Position numbers and translations under genes: made by a program. Positions 1 through 9,133 of a stretch of DNA of 64,000 nt are shown in pieces. The notes under the pieces are model-generated. The model was not told where the DNA came from, ran no database searches, and was given only the letters and a program-made list of their open reading frames with translations. Position 1 is the stretch's first letter; the number at the start of each line of letters is the position of its first letter. The stretch covers positions 10,710 through 74,709 of the forward strand of contig JBHLJY010000012.1 of assembly GCA_048887225.1 (NCBI GenBank). Reading direction: 5' to 3'. Origin of the DNA: Candidatus Hodarchaeota archaeon. Lineage in GTDB: Archaea; Asgardarchaeota; Lokiarchaeia; Sigyniarchaeales; SOKP01.

Positions 1-1079
1 ATGTTTGGTCAAAGAAAGAAATTGAAAAATCTTTGAGCTCCAAAGATGCTGAATTTATTTTAAAAATTTTTAATATTGAGGATTCTGGCAACTATTTAGA
101 GGAAGCTACTCAAGATAAAACGGGGAATAACATTTTGTATATTGATAGTTTAGAGGATAGCATAATACCAAAATTAGAAGAAATACGAAAGGAATTATTT
201 AACATTAGAGAGAAAAGAATTCATCCACATAAAGATGATAAAATATTATCTGACTGGAATGGATTGATGATTGCTGCTTTAGCGATTGCTTCTCGAGTTC
301 TAAATGAACCAAAATATTTGGAAGCTGCAAAAAATGCGGTTAAATTCATTCTCTCGGTAATGAAAAATTCTGAGAATCGCTTACTTCACAGCTATAGAGA
401 AGGCAAAGCCGAAATTGACGCTTACTTAACTGATTATGCATTCCTAATATGGGGATTAATTGAATTATATGAAGCTACCTTTAATGTTTTTTATCTCAAG
501 TCTGCGTTGGAATTAAATAAAATTCAGATAGATCATTTTTGGGATAATATTATTGGAGGATTTTATTTTACAGCTGATGACAGTGAAAAACTTTTAACAA
601 GACAGAAAGATATTTACGATGGAGCTATACCTTCAGGCAATTCTGTAGCGATGCTAAATTTACTACGTCTAAGTTATATTACTGGTGATTATACGTTAGA
701 AGAAAAAGCAGACATATTAAGCAGAGTTTTCAGTGAGAAATTATATAATACCCCTATAGCTTATACTCAATTTATGGTAGCAGCAGATTTCGCAGTAGGA
801 CCGTCTTATTCAATAGTAATAGCAGGAGATACGGGAGCCAACGATACAAATGAGATAATTGAAGCAATATTTAATGAATATATCCCAAATAAAGTCCTTA
901 TTCATAGACGTACTGATCAAAATCCTCCCGATATTGATGAATTTGCTAATTTTGTTGAATATTTTGATAATTTAAAAGGAAAAGCTACAGCTTATATTTG
1001 TATCAATAAAATGTGTAAGACACCTACGAGTGATGTAAATATAATGCTGGGATTTTTAAATCCGAAATGGAAAAAATAA
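1..1079 (+). CDS. YyaL/SSP411-family thioredoxin-domain protein, C-terminal part (5' truncated by window edge)
   Basis: Motifs DDKILSDWNGLMIAALA, AYLTDYAFLIWGLIELYE, DGAIPSGNS and YICINKMC. The frame is open back to base 3. Confidence 0.9.
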   Translation, partial: VWSKKEIEKSLSSKDAEFILKIFNIEDSGNYLEEATQDKTGNNILYIDSLEDSIIPKLEEIRKELFNIREKRIHPHKDDKILSDWNGLMIAALAIASRVLNEPKYLEAAKNAVKFILSVMKNSENRLLHSYREGKAEIDAYLTDYAFLIWGLIELYEATFNVFYLKSALELNKIQIDHFWDNIIGGFYFTADDSEKLLTRQKDIYDGAIPSGNSVAMLNLLRLSYITGDYTLEEKADILSRVFSEKLYNTPIAYTQFMVAADFAVGPSYSIVIAGDTGANDTNEIIEAIFNEYIPNKVLIHRRTDQNPPDIDEFANFVEYFDNLKGKATAYICINKMCKTPTSDVNIMLGFLNPKWKK

Positions 1080-1105
1080 GAGAGTTTGATTAAGAACTTA
1101 AGGTT

Positions 1106-1297
1106 TTATCTTCTTTCCGTAATCACATCAATCATAGATAGAGGTATATATGTTATATTATTCCTGGGATCCTCCAATATTACAATATCATCTTCGGTGA
1201 TAGATTTAATAACTCCCGCAAATTCTTTATTGATACCTTTAATAAATATGTAAACTCCATTATTTACTAGCTTCTCAATTATTTCTTTTGGAATCAT
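1106..1297 (-). CDS. Small Sm/Lsm-like-fold hypothetical protein
   Basis: 63 aa beta-rich pattern (FAGVIKSITEDDIVILED...YIPLSMIDVI) resembling Sm-fold proteins. Confidence 0.55.
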   Translation of the reverse strand: MIPKEIIEKLVNNGVYIFIKGINKEFAGVIKSITEDDIVILEDPRNNITYIPLSMIDVITERR

Positions 1298-1344
1298 TTT
1301 TATCTTAATTTTATTTTAATTTTAAATATGTCTTACTCATAATA

Positions 1345-1755
1345 TTAACTTTTTCCAGAAAATTTTTTAAGCTTATTAGTAACTAATTCTTTCAGTTCCT
1401 CAATAGATTTAACATTATTCATTACATCTTGCGATATAAATAATTCCAATCCAGAATCAGTTATCATATACGCTGACGGGAATTTAGCATCTTTCATGTT
1501 ATATTTTTCTTTAAATTCGTCTTTATGCAGAAACTCAAATGAAACATTATTATTTTTCAAGGGAACAACATCCTTATCTTTAACAAAATTTTTCCACTCT
1601 TTTTTCATACCAAAGGTGCCATAGGTCACTGCGCAAAGATTACATTGATATGTACTTGGTTTAAATGCTTTATGAAAGTAATCTTTAATTCCCGTTATCA
1701 CTCCCGATGTTGCATTATAAACAAAAATTAACTTATTTTCCTTATCTTTACTCAT
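1345..1755 (-). CDS. Conserved hypothetical protein with CxxC
   Basis: LIFVYNA...YQCNLCAVTYG...EW...FLHKDEF pattern; 136 aa ORF. Confidence 0.65.
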   Translation of the reverse strand: MSKDKENKLIFVYNATSGVITGIKDYFHKAFKPSTYQCNLCAVTYGTFGMKKEWKNFVKDKDVVPLKNNNVSFEFLHKDEFKEKYNMKDAKFPSAYMITDSGLELFISQDVMNNVKSIEELKELVTNKLKKFSGKS

Positions 1756-1897
1756 AATATCACTAAATTATTATTGGTACAAATTTTCCAATCGCTTTTT
1801 TGAGTTTACTTTTGGAGAGTAATTTATCAATCATATGCAAAAAAAAGATAAAATAGAAAGTTAATGAGATTTTATATTTGAATGATTATTTCTCTGC

Positions 1898-2575
1898 TTA
1901 TTCTTTTAGTCTTTGGATAAGATCTGGCCAAAACACTTTTTTAAATTCCCCTGAGTAATTGACTTTATCAATTTTCAATTTTATTGCGCTTTTTGAACAG
2001 GCATTTACACAAGTACCACAACTTATACATTTAGACGGATCTAAATCTGTTTTTAGCTTTTTTCCTTGGTCATTTACTCGCTCTTTATCAGATTTATAAA
2101 AAGCTCCAGTAGGACATACTTCGGCACACGACATACATGAAATGCATTTATTCCAATCTACAGTAATATTACCTTCAACATAGACTTTTGCTTTTCGTTG
2201 GATTTTTTCGCAGTTTACTATCTTATAATCTAATTTTGGCACGACCTTCTTCACAACAATATCTAAATTATCTAATTCAACGCCCTTCCCATCTTTTTTT
2301 AAAGTTATCGCAGAAAATGGACACATATAGGCACAAGTTCCACAGTACGAACATTTAAATGCATTAGGGATATCTGGGATTAAATCTTCAGTCGTTACCC
2401 TTATCTTACCTTCCAGATTTGGATCACAAATAGCTCCTTTAGGACAAACTTTAGTACACGTTCCACAGCCAACGCAATTTTCTAAGTTAAATTCTATTGC
2501 CTGATCTTTAGTAAAAAAGTTCATAGCAATTTCGTTAATTTTTTCGTTTCTTAATTTTTTAACTCTTGGATACAT
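1898..2575 (-). CDS. Polyferredoxin (4x [4Fe-4S]; MvhB/FwdF-like)
   Basis: Four CxxCxxCxxxC motifs; last gene of hdrB-hdrA-mvhD operon. Confidence 0.9.
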   Translation of the reverse strand: MYPRVKKLRNEKINEIAMNFFTKDQAIEFNLENCVGCGTCTKVCPKGAICDPNLEGKIRVTTEDLIPDIPNAFKCSYCGTCAYMCPFSAITLKKDGKGVELDNLDIVVKKVVPKLDYKIVNCEKIQRKAKVYVEGNITVDWNKCISCMSCAEVCPTGAFYKSDKERVNDQGKKLKTDLDPSKCISCGTCVNACSKSAIKLKIDKVNYSGEFKKVFWPDLIQRLKE

Positions 2576-2580
2576 TTTCT

Positions 2581-3006
2581 TTATACCTCCGTTTTTAGTG
2601 GATTAGGTCCTAATTCCTTTAATTCTTCCACGTATTCCTTGACGATTTCAGTTAATTCGGCACCTTCAGAAGCAGATACAAAGGTATATTTTACCCTTTT
2701 TGGATTTATCCCGAATTGTTCTAAATATCGATGAAGAATTGGCATTTTTCGAACTGTTTTATAATTACCTTCTACATAATGACAGTCGCCAGGATGGCAG
2801 TGACTAACTAAAACACCATCAGCCCCGTTCATTAGAGCATCAATTACGAATTGAGGATCAACACGTCCTCCGCACATGACTCTAATGATTCTCAAATTTG
2901 CCGGTCGTTGCATACGAGATGTTCCTGCTTGATCCGCTCCTGCATAACTACACCAATTGCAAAAAATTCCCAATATATATGGATTAAATTCTGTTTGACT
3001 CGCCAT
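2581..3006 (-). CDS. mvhD: MvhD [2Fe-2S] subunit
   Basis: FCNWCSYAGAD, RVMCGGRVD, HCHPGDCHY and VSASEG motifs. Confidence 0.95.
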   Translation of the reverse strand: MASQTEFNPYILGIFCNWCSYAGADQAGTSRMQRPANLRIIRVMCGGRVDPQFVIDALMNGADGVLVSHCHPGDCHYVEGNYKTVRKMPILHRYLEQFGINPKRVKYTFVSASEGAELTEIVKEYVEELKELGPNPLKTEV

Positions 3007-3008
3007 TT

Positions 3009-4997
3009 TTATTCACCTCTAGGATTAGATTCTTGTTTGACCGCGGTTTTTATCATAGGTAAGATCTGTGAATCTCCAAATTGATTTTGGACGATTGCTT
3101 TATTAGGACATGCTGATACGCATGTTCCACATCCTTTACATAATATTTCATTTATCTCAGCAATTCTTTCATATTCATTAAATGTTATCGCATTAAAAGC
3201 ACATAAGCTTAAACAACTTTTACATCCAGAACATAAATGACTAAGAACATAGGAGTAATAGGGTTCAATTTCTACTTCTCCTTGCGCCATTAATGCTGCT
3301 GCACCAGAGGCAGCACCTTTAGCCTGTGCGACTGTATCTGGAATATCTTTAGGTCCCTGAACAGTTCCTGCAACAAAAACACCATCTGTGAGAGTATCGA
3401 CTGGGCGTAACTTTGGATGAGCTTCCATAAAGAAACCATCTTCAGATCGTTGTACATTAAATAATCTCGCTACATCTTCGGCATCACATCGCGGTTCAAG
3501 ACCAATTGACAGAACTAACAAATCCGCTTTAATTTCCACTTGTCTCTGGAGTAAAGTATCTTCACCACGCACAATAACATTATGTTCATCATCCTCGTAA
3601 ACTTCTGCAAGTCTTCCACGAATAAATTTAATTCCGTAGTTTTTTCCTGCTGATTCATAAAATTCTTCGTATCCTTTTCCAAAAGCTCTTACATCCATGT
3701 AAAATATATGAATATCTGCTTTTGGATGTTTTTCTTTATATTGGCGTGCTTGTTTTACAGCATACATGCAACATACTCTTGAACAATATTTATTGCCTTT
3801 TTTTGTAAAATCTCTACTACCAACACATTGAAGAAAGACTATACTATGAGGATCTTTCAAATCTGAAGGTCGTTTGGGCTTACCTTCTGTAGGTCCAAAT
3901 GAGCTTAAAAGACGTTCCATCTGAAAACCTGTAATTACATTTGGATATTTACCGAAACCATATTGTTTTAATACTGTTGGATCGTAAGGATCCCAGCCAG
4001 TGGCTAATATAATAGTCCCAACTTTAACATCTAAATATTCTGGTTTGTCATCATATCTAATAGCTCCAGCAGGACAAACTTCAGCACAAATACCGCATCT
4101 AATACAATGATCCATGTCTATTGTATATTCTCCTGGAACTGCCTGGGGGAAAGGAATATAAATAGCTTTGCGATCTTTCATTCCTAAATCAAATTCATTT
4201 CCACATACCACAGGACATTCTTCAGCACATGTACCACAGCCAGTACATGTTTCTTGATCAATGTAATGTGGTTTTTTCATAATAGTAACGTCAAAATTTC
4301 CGACATAACCAGAAATATCAGTTACTTCTGAATAAGTTAAAAGTTCAACATTTTTAGCATTTGCTACTTCAGACATTTTTGGGGTAATAATACAAGCACT
4401 ACAATCCATTGTAGGGAAAGTTTTATCAAGTTGTGCCATATGCCCCCCAATAGTCGGAGTCTTTTCTACTAAATATACTTTAAATCCTTGATTTGAAAGA
4501 TCTAAAGCGGCATTCATACCAGCAATACCAGCACCTACAATTAAACAAGCGGGTTCGACTTTTACCTTGGTTACCTCTAAAGGTACTAATTTACTGACTT
4601 TCGCCACGGCCATTCTAATATGGTCCTTAGCTACCTCAGTCGCACCTTCAGTATCATATAAATTGACCCATGTACAGTGTTCTCTGATATTTGCCATTTC
4701 AAATAAAAACTGGTTTAAACCGGCTTCTTCACATGTTCGTCTGAAAGTAGGTTCATGCATCCTTGGTGAACACGATGCAACAATAACTCGATTAACTAAC
4801 TCATTTTTTATATCATCCTTGATCATATTTTGACCTATATCGCTACACATAAATTTATACTCGCGTGCGATCACGACATTTGGCAAAGTTTTGGAATACT
4901 CTATTAAATCAGGAACTGAAACGATCCCACCAATATTAATCCCACAATGACAAATATATACACCTATTTTTACATCAACTTCACCCAACTTCCTCAC
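3009..4997 (-). CDS. hdrA: Heterodisulfide reductase subunit A (Cys form)
   Basis: GVYICHCG, GAGIAG, LDKTFPTMDCSAC, QCVGSR, YCSRVCC, GPKDIP and C-terminal ferredoxin. The start may be the TTG a few codons inside. Confidence 0.97.
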   Translation of the reverse strand: MRKLGEVDVKIGVYICHCGINIGGIVSVPDLIEYSKTLPNVVIAREYKFMCSDIGQNMIKDDIKNELVNRVIVASCSPRMHEPTFRRTCEEAGLNQFLFEMANIREHCTWVNLYDTEGATEVAKDHIRMAVAKVSKLVPLEVTKVKVEPACLIVGAGIAGMNAALDLSNQGFKVYLVEKTPTIGGHMAQLDKTFPTMDCSACIITPKMSEVANAKNVELLTYSEVTDISGYVGNFDVTIMKKPHYIDQETCTGCGTCAEECPVVCGNEFDLGMKDRKAIYIPFPQAVPGEYTIDMDHCIRCGICAEVCPAGAIRYDDKPEYLDVKVGTIILATGWDPYDPTVLKQYGFGKYPNVITGFQMERLLSSFGPTEGKPKRPSDLKDPHSIVFLQCVGSRDFTKKGNKYCSRVCCMYAVKQARQYKEKHPKADIHIFYMDVRAFGKGYEEFYESAGKNYGIKFIRGRLAEVYEDDEHNVIVRGEDTLLQRQVEIKADLLVLSIGLEPRCDAEDVARLFNVQRSEDGFFMEAHPKLRPVDTLTDGVFVAGTVQGPKDIPDTVAQAKGAASGAAALMAQGEVEIEPYYSYVLSHLCSGCKSCLSLCAFNAITFNEYERIAEINEILCKGCGTCVSACPNKAIVQNQFGDSQILPMIKTAVKQESNPRGE

Positions 4998-5977
4998 CTA
5001 TTTTCTTTAAAAAAGGTTCCAAGGAAATAAATGGAGGTACTCCACTCAAATCATGCTTTTTTACTAGACCAAGGCTTTCAGGTTCCATACCTAATGCCAG
5101 ACCTAATAATTGTGTGTAATAAATTACAGGTATTTTAAAAGGAGCATCAATTTTATCTTTAAAAATGTTATTTATTTCTACTTGTCCTAAATCTAGTTGT
5201 AAATGACAGAATGGACAAACAGTTATTATTGCATCGGCCCCAGTTGCAACAATGTTCTCTAATTTTTCTCTTGTAAAATCCAAAGAAATTTCTTTAAACG
5301 CTCCCCTTACACCTCCTCCTGCTCCGCAACACATTCTTTTATCTTTGTAATCTAAACTTTTGCAACCAGTAGCCTCTACTAGTTCGTCTAAAAAGCGTGG
5401 ATCTTCAACTTCAAGATCCCATGGTCTAATTTCTCCAGGTTTTAAAAGATGACACCCATAATGAACAGCTACATTTAAATCTAATTTTTCTTTTCGACCG
5501 TATTTTGTTCTATTTTTTATTTTTTCAAGTCCTATATCGTGATATAAAACTTCGATAATATGTTTAATATCAATTTTTCCCTTATATTCTCGACCGATTT
5601 TAGCGAGATGTTGATTAACCATTTTCCTTTTTTCTTTATTGTGCTTTAATGTATGATTTACTTCAAGCAAACTTCCATAACACCCATTACACATTAATGC
5701 AATATCAGTACCATTTTCTTCTGCAATTGTTATATTTCTGGCTCCAATTACTAACCATGTGGTGATATCAAATCCTCGGAAAACTCCTGGGGCGGGACAA
5801 CACGAGGCACCCTCCATATCGACCAATTCAATGCCTAATTTCTCAAATACATTTCGAGTAGCCTGCTCTATAAAAGGGTAACGATTAGGAATTGTGTCTA
5901 ATTATCTAAATGATAAATTAGTTTACACATCCTAAAAATAAGCTGTATGTCAGTTTTTTATTCTTTGATTTTCTCAT
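4981..5977 (-). CDS. hdrB: Heterodisulfide reductase subunit B, split by a 31-nt intron-like insert (exons 5923-5977 and 4981-5891; 321 aa spliced)
   Basis: SCCPAPG, CNGC, HYGCH, CCGAGGG and CPFC motifs. The N-terminus MRKSKNKKLTYSLFLGC lies upstream out of frame and joins to give FLGCVIPNRYP. Confidence 0.9.
5892..5922 (-). other. Putative bulge-helix-bulge mRNA intron in hdrB
   Basis: UUAGGA-U-GUGU-AA^A-CUAAUUUAUC-loop-GAUAAUUAG-ACAC-AA^U-UCCUAA. Cutting after the second bulge nucleotide on each strand restores the frame. Confidence 0.8.
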
Positions 5978-6121
5978 CTTATTCGATCTTATTAGTTTGA
6001 TTAACTTAGAGTTGTAAATTAATGAAATTTTAAAAAATTTGTCTTTATTATTTATGCTCTTATTGGACTCTTACTTTAAATTATAAAACTTTAAAATAAA
6101 ATATTATAATATAATTATAAT

Positions 6122-6412
6122 TTATTTTATTAACTCTAATATCTTTCTACCCAGTTTTTTCATAACTGGGACATGTCCTTGAGAGAATAAAAAATCATTA
6201 AGAAATATTACTGGTGGATCAAGTTCCCCATACTTTTCAATGACTTTTTCTGATGTAATTTTTTCTTGTTTTAAATTAACCTTATCCTTTATATCTGAAA
6301 ATTCAGTCACTAATCTTTCAACGATACTAAGAGTTCTACAACATTTAGAACAAGTATTTTCTGGATCTTCAGAGACTAATATTAAAATTTTAATCTTATC
6401 TTTTATAGCCAT
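6122..6412 (-). CDS. Small thioredoxin/glutaredoxin-like protein
   Basis: CSKCC motif, plus a KYG-x3-PPVIFLND...QGHVP thioredoxin-like tail. Confidence 0.75.
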   Translation of the reverse strand: MAIKDKIKILILVSEDPENTCSKCCRTLSIVERLVTEFSDIKDKVNLKQEKITSEKVIEKYGELDPPVIFLNDFLFSQGHVPVMKKLGRKILELIK

Positions 6413-6718
6413 ATTTCTTTAAATTATTTATTGTTCTAAAAAACAAAATTCAAGAATGTCCTTATAACTATATAATATAAATTATTATAAAATGTTTATG
6501 TAATTTTTGTAAATGATCAAAAAGTTTCATTATTTTATAATTTTGATATAAATTTTAATAAAGAATTTTGTTATATATTAAATTTTTTAGTTTATCGAAA
6601 ATATTGATTATTGATCCTTGAAAAAAAAAAGTTAGATTTTAATAATCTGATTAATTTTCTTATCATAGATTTATATCGAAAAACATAATCATAAATATTG
6701 AGGAGTTGAATATAAAAA

Positions 6719-7384
6719 ATGGTAATTATAACTACTAAAAAACCTTTAAATGAAATTTTGAACGTTATTGAGGGACATGAAAGAATCGCGATAATTTCAT
6801 GTGGATCTTGTGCCGCTTTATGTCAAACAGGAGGAACTGAAAGCGCTAAAGAGATGGAGGAAATTTTGAAAAAAGAAGGTTATAAAGTTATTATTACACT
6901 GGTATCTGAAGATGTTTGCGATAATAGAGTTATGAAGAAAGATTTAAGACGGATCGATGCAGATATCAGCAATTCAGACGCAATTTTAACATTAAGTTGT
7001 GGATTAGGTACCCAATCTATAACAGAGGTGATTAAAGATAAATACCCAAATATGCCCATTTTTGTTAGTACGAACACAGAATTTATGGGTATGACAGAGA
7101 GGATTGGTAGGTTTTATATGAGATGCCTAGGTTGTGGTGATTGTTTATTAAACGAAACAGCAGGCATTTGTCCAATTACAACGTGCGCTAAATCACTTAT
7201 GAATGGTCCATGTGGGGGCCAGGTGAAGGGTAAATGCGAAGTTGGGAACTATGAAAAGGATTGTGGATGGATATTAATTTACAATCGATTAAAAGAATTA
7301 GGAAGATTAGACGCATTCTCTAAATTACGAAAACCTAGAGATTGGAAAGAAACTGGACATCAAAGAGTATTAGTATGGAGGTAG
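6719..7384 (+). CDS. metV: Methylenetetrahydrofolate reductase small subunit MetV
   Basis: CGSCAALCQTGG, LSCGLG, CLGCGDC, CPITTCAKSLMNGPCGG and CEV...CGW motifs. Confidence 0.92.
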   Translation: MVIITTKKPLNEILNVIEGHERIAIISCGSCAALCQTGGTESAKEMEEILKKEGYKVIITLVSEDVCDNRVMKKDLRRIDADISNSDAILTLSCGLGTQSITEVIKDKYPNMPIFVSTNTEFMGMTERIGRFYMRCLGCGDCLLNETAGICPITTCAKSLMNGPCGGQVKGKCEVGNYEKDCGWILIYNRLKELGRLDAFSKLRKPRDWKETGHQRVLVWR

Positions 7385-7392
7385 AATAAAAC

Positions 7393-8322
7393 ATGGAAGT
7401 AAAACCTATTTATTCTAAGTTAGGTGATAAATTATTAAATGGTGATTTTATCTTAACTGGCGAATTGGAGCCAGAAAAAACCTGTGATCTGTCACATACT
7501 ATCCAAGAAGCCAAAGAGATAGCACCTTATGTTATTGCAGCTAATGTTACAGACAGCCCTTTAGGAATTGTGACTATTAATTCAATGGCAGCGTCCCATA
7601 TTATCCAAGAGGAAACTGGTTTAGAATGTGTTTGGCAATTAACTGTACGAGATGTGAACAAATTAGGTATTGCTGGAATGATCATGGGGGCTCATGCTTT
7701 AGGGATTCGCAATATTCTCTCACTTACAGGTGATCACCCAAATATGGGAGATATGCCAGAATCAAAACCAGTATTCGATCTCGATTCTGCAAATTTAATA
7801 AAGCTTGTAAAAGATATGGTGGAAAAACAAGCGATAAACGGCAGTAAAATAGAGAGCCCTCCAAAGATACACGTCGGCGCAGCAGCTAATCCGAATGCAG
7901 ATCCTATGGAGGCTGAAATCTTGAAGATTGGTAGAAAAGCTGAAGCAGGAGCAGAATTTTTACAAACTCAAGTTGTATACGATATTGATCGAACTATTGA
8001 ATTTTTAAGAGGGATTCAGAAGTATAAAGTACCAGTACTTCTTGGTATCTTTCCAATGAAATCATATGCAATTGCAAAAGGATTTGATATGTTTGTTCCT
8101 GGAGTTGACGTACCAAAAGAGGTTCTGGAGAAATGGAAAAAAGTTAAAACAGATATTGTTAATAAAAAAGAAAAGAAGCAAATATATGATCAGTTAAATT
8201 ATGAATTTTTCAAACCATTTATTACAGAACTTAAATCAAAAAGATTATTAGCTGGTGTTCATTGTATGGCCGTTCATTATACAAGAATCTTTCCAAAATT
8301 GATTGAGGTAATCAAAGTTTAA
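7393..8322 (+). CDS. metF: Methylenetetrahydrofolate reductase MetF
   Basis: GELEP, ANVTDSP, QLTVRD, LTGDHP, VFDLDS and KAEAGAEFLQTQ motifs. Confidence 0.93.
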   Translation: MEVKPIYSKLGDKLLNGDFILTGELEPEKTCDLSHTIQEAKEIAPYVIAANVTDSPLGIVTINSMAASHIIQEETGLECVWQLTVRDVNKLGIAGMIMGAHALGIRNILSLTGDHPNMGDMPESKPVFDLDSANLIKLVKDMVEKQAINGSKIESPPKIHVGAAANPNADPMEAEILKIGRKAEAGAEFLQTQVVYDIDRTIEFLRGIQKYKVPVLLGIFPMKSYAIAKGFDMFVPGVDVPKEVLEKWKKVKTDIVNKKEKKQIYDQLNYEFFKPFITELKSKRLLAGVHCMAVHYTRIFPKLIEVIKV

Positions 8323-8426
8323 GATCGGAAATACGAATTATATAAAAACAGGGAAATTTCTTCATAAAATGGCGAAATATCAAAAATCTCTTTTTCTTTT
8401 AATTGTATTATCTGAAGCGGGATCTT

Positions 8427-9056
8427 CTAGATTTTATTATTATTTTTAAGTATTTTGAGTCTTTCAATAATATTTGACCAAAATGGGTCTAAATATTCCC
8501 CTGAATATTTAACCTCTGTAATTTCTAATTTTAAGGCTCCAATAGGACAGGCATTATCGCATGCTCCACAGAATACACATTTTTCCTGATCAACTATAAC
8601 ATTAGGAATCTTCTCCCAACCTTTTCTATCCAAATTGGAGGGTACGGTAATTGCTCCAGAAGGACAAATTTCTGCGCATGTTTGACATCCTCCTGTACAT
8701 TCATTATCAGCAATATTTATTTCTCCATCCATATATTGTTTTACAATCCGTCCGCTTTCTAAAGTTTTGACCTTATATTCAAGTTTAGGAAGTGCTTGTT
8801 CTTTAACCAATGTAAGATCTTCTAAGCTAACGACATTTCCATTAATTTTCAAAGTTATTGCGTCAAACGGACACATATAAACACATACCCCACACATTAC
8901 ACATACATTGGGATCAAAAATTTCTGGAATTATAGTTTCAATAGTTGGAAATCTTTTAGAGGCGCCTATAGGTCCGCGAGAAATAGCTTCTTTAGGGCAT
9001 ACTCGAAAGCAAATTCCACATCCAACACATTTATCCTTATCTAAATTAAGCTCCAT
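8427..9056 (-). CDS. Polyferredoxin (paralog of 1898-2575); true start may lie near 9134
   Basis: Four ferredoxin motifs. The upstream in-frame sequence aligns with the paralog's N-terminus. Confidence 0.88.
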   Translation of the reverse strand: MELNLDKDKCVGCGICFRVCPKEAISRGPIGASKRFPTIETIIPEIFDPNVCVMCGVCVYMCPFDAITLKINGNVVSLEDLTLVKEQALPKLEYKVKTLESGRIVKQYMDGEINIADNECTGGCQTCAEICPSGAITVPSNLDRKGWEKIPNVIVDQEKCVFCGACDNACPIGALKLEITEVKYSGEYLDPFWSNIIERLKILKNNNKI

Positions 9057-9133
9057 ATTTTCTTTTAAAAATTGAAAAGTTATAGATACGTATTGTTCTC
9101 TAATTTTTCTAGAAATTTTTGGAAACGTCTTTC

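Noticed and set aside
2581-3006. Selenocysteine in the mvhD copies
   Set aside because: All three MvhD domains in the window encode Cys at the cluster ligands and have no in-frame TGA.
5894-5928. Spliceosomal-type GT...AG reading of the hdrB insert (GTGTAAAC...ATTAG with internal CTAAT)
   Set aside because: Frame-restoring GT-AG excision gives GYT and destroys the conserved Cys of FLGC, whereas BHB cutting gives GCV. In hisF the GTAAAG...AAAAG excision (39 nt) does not restore the frame.
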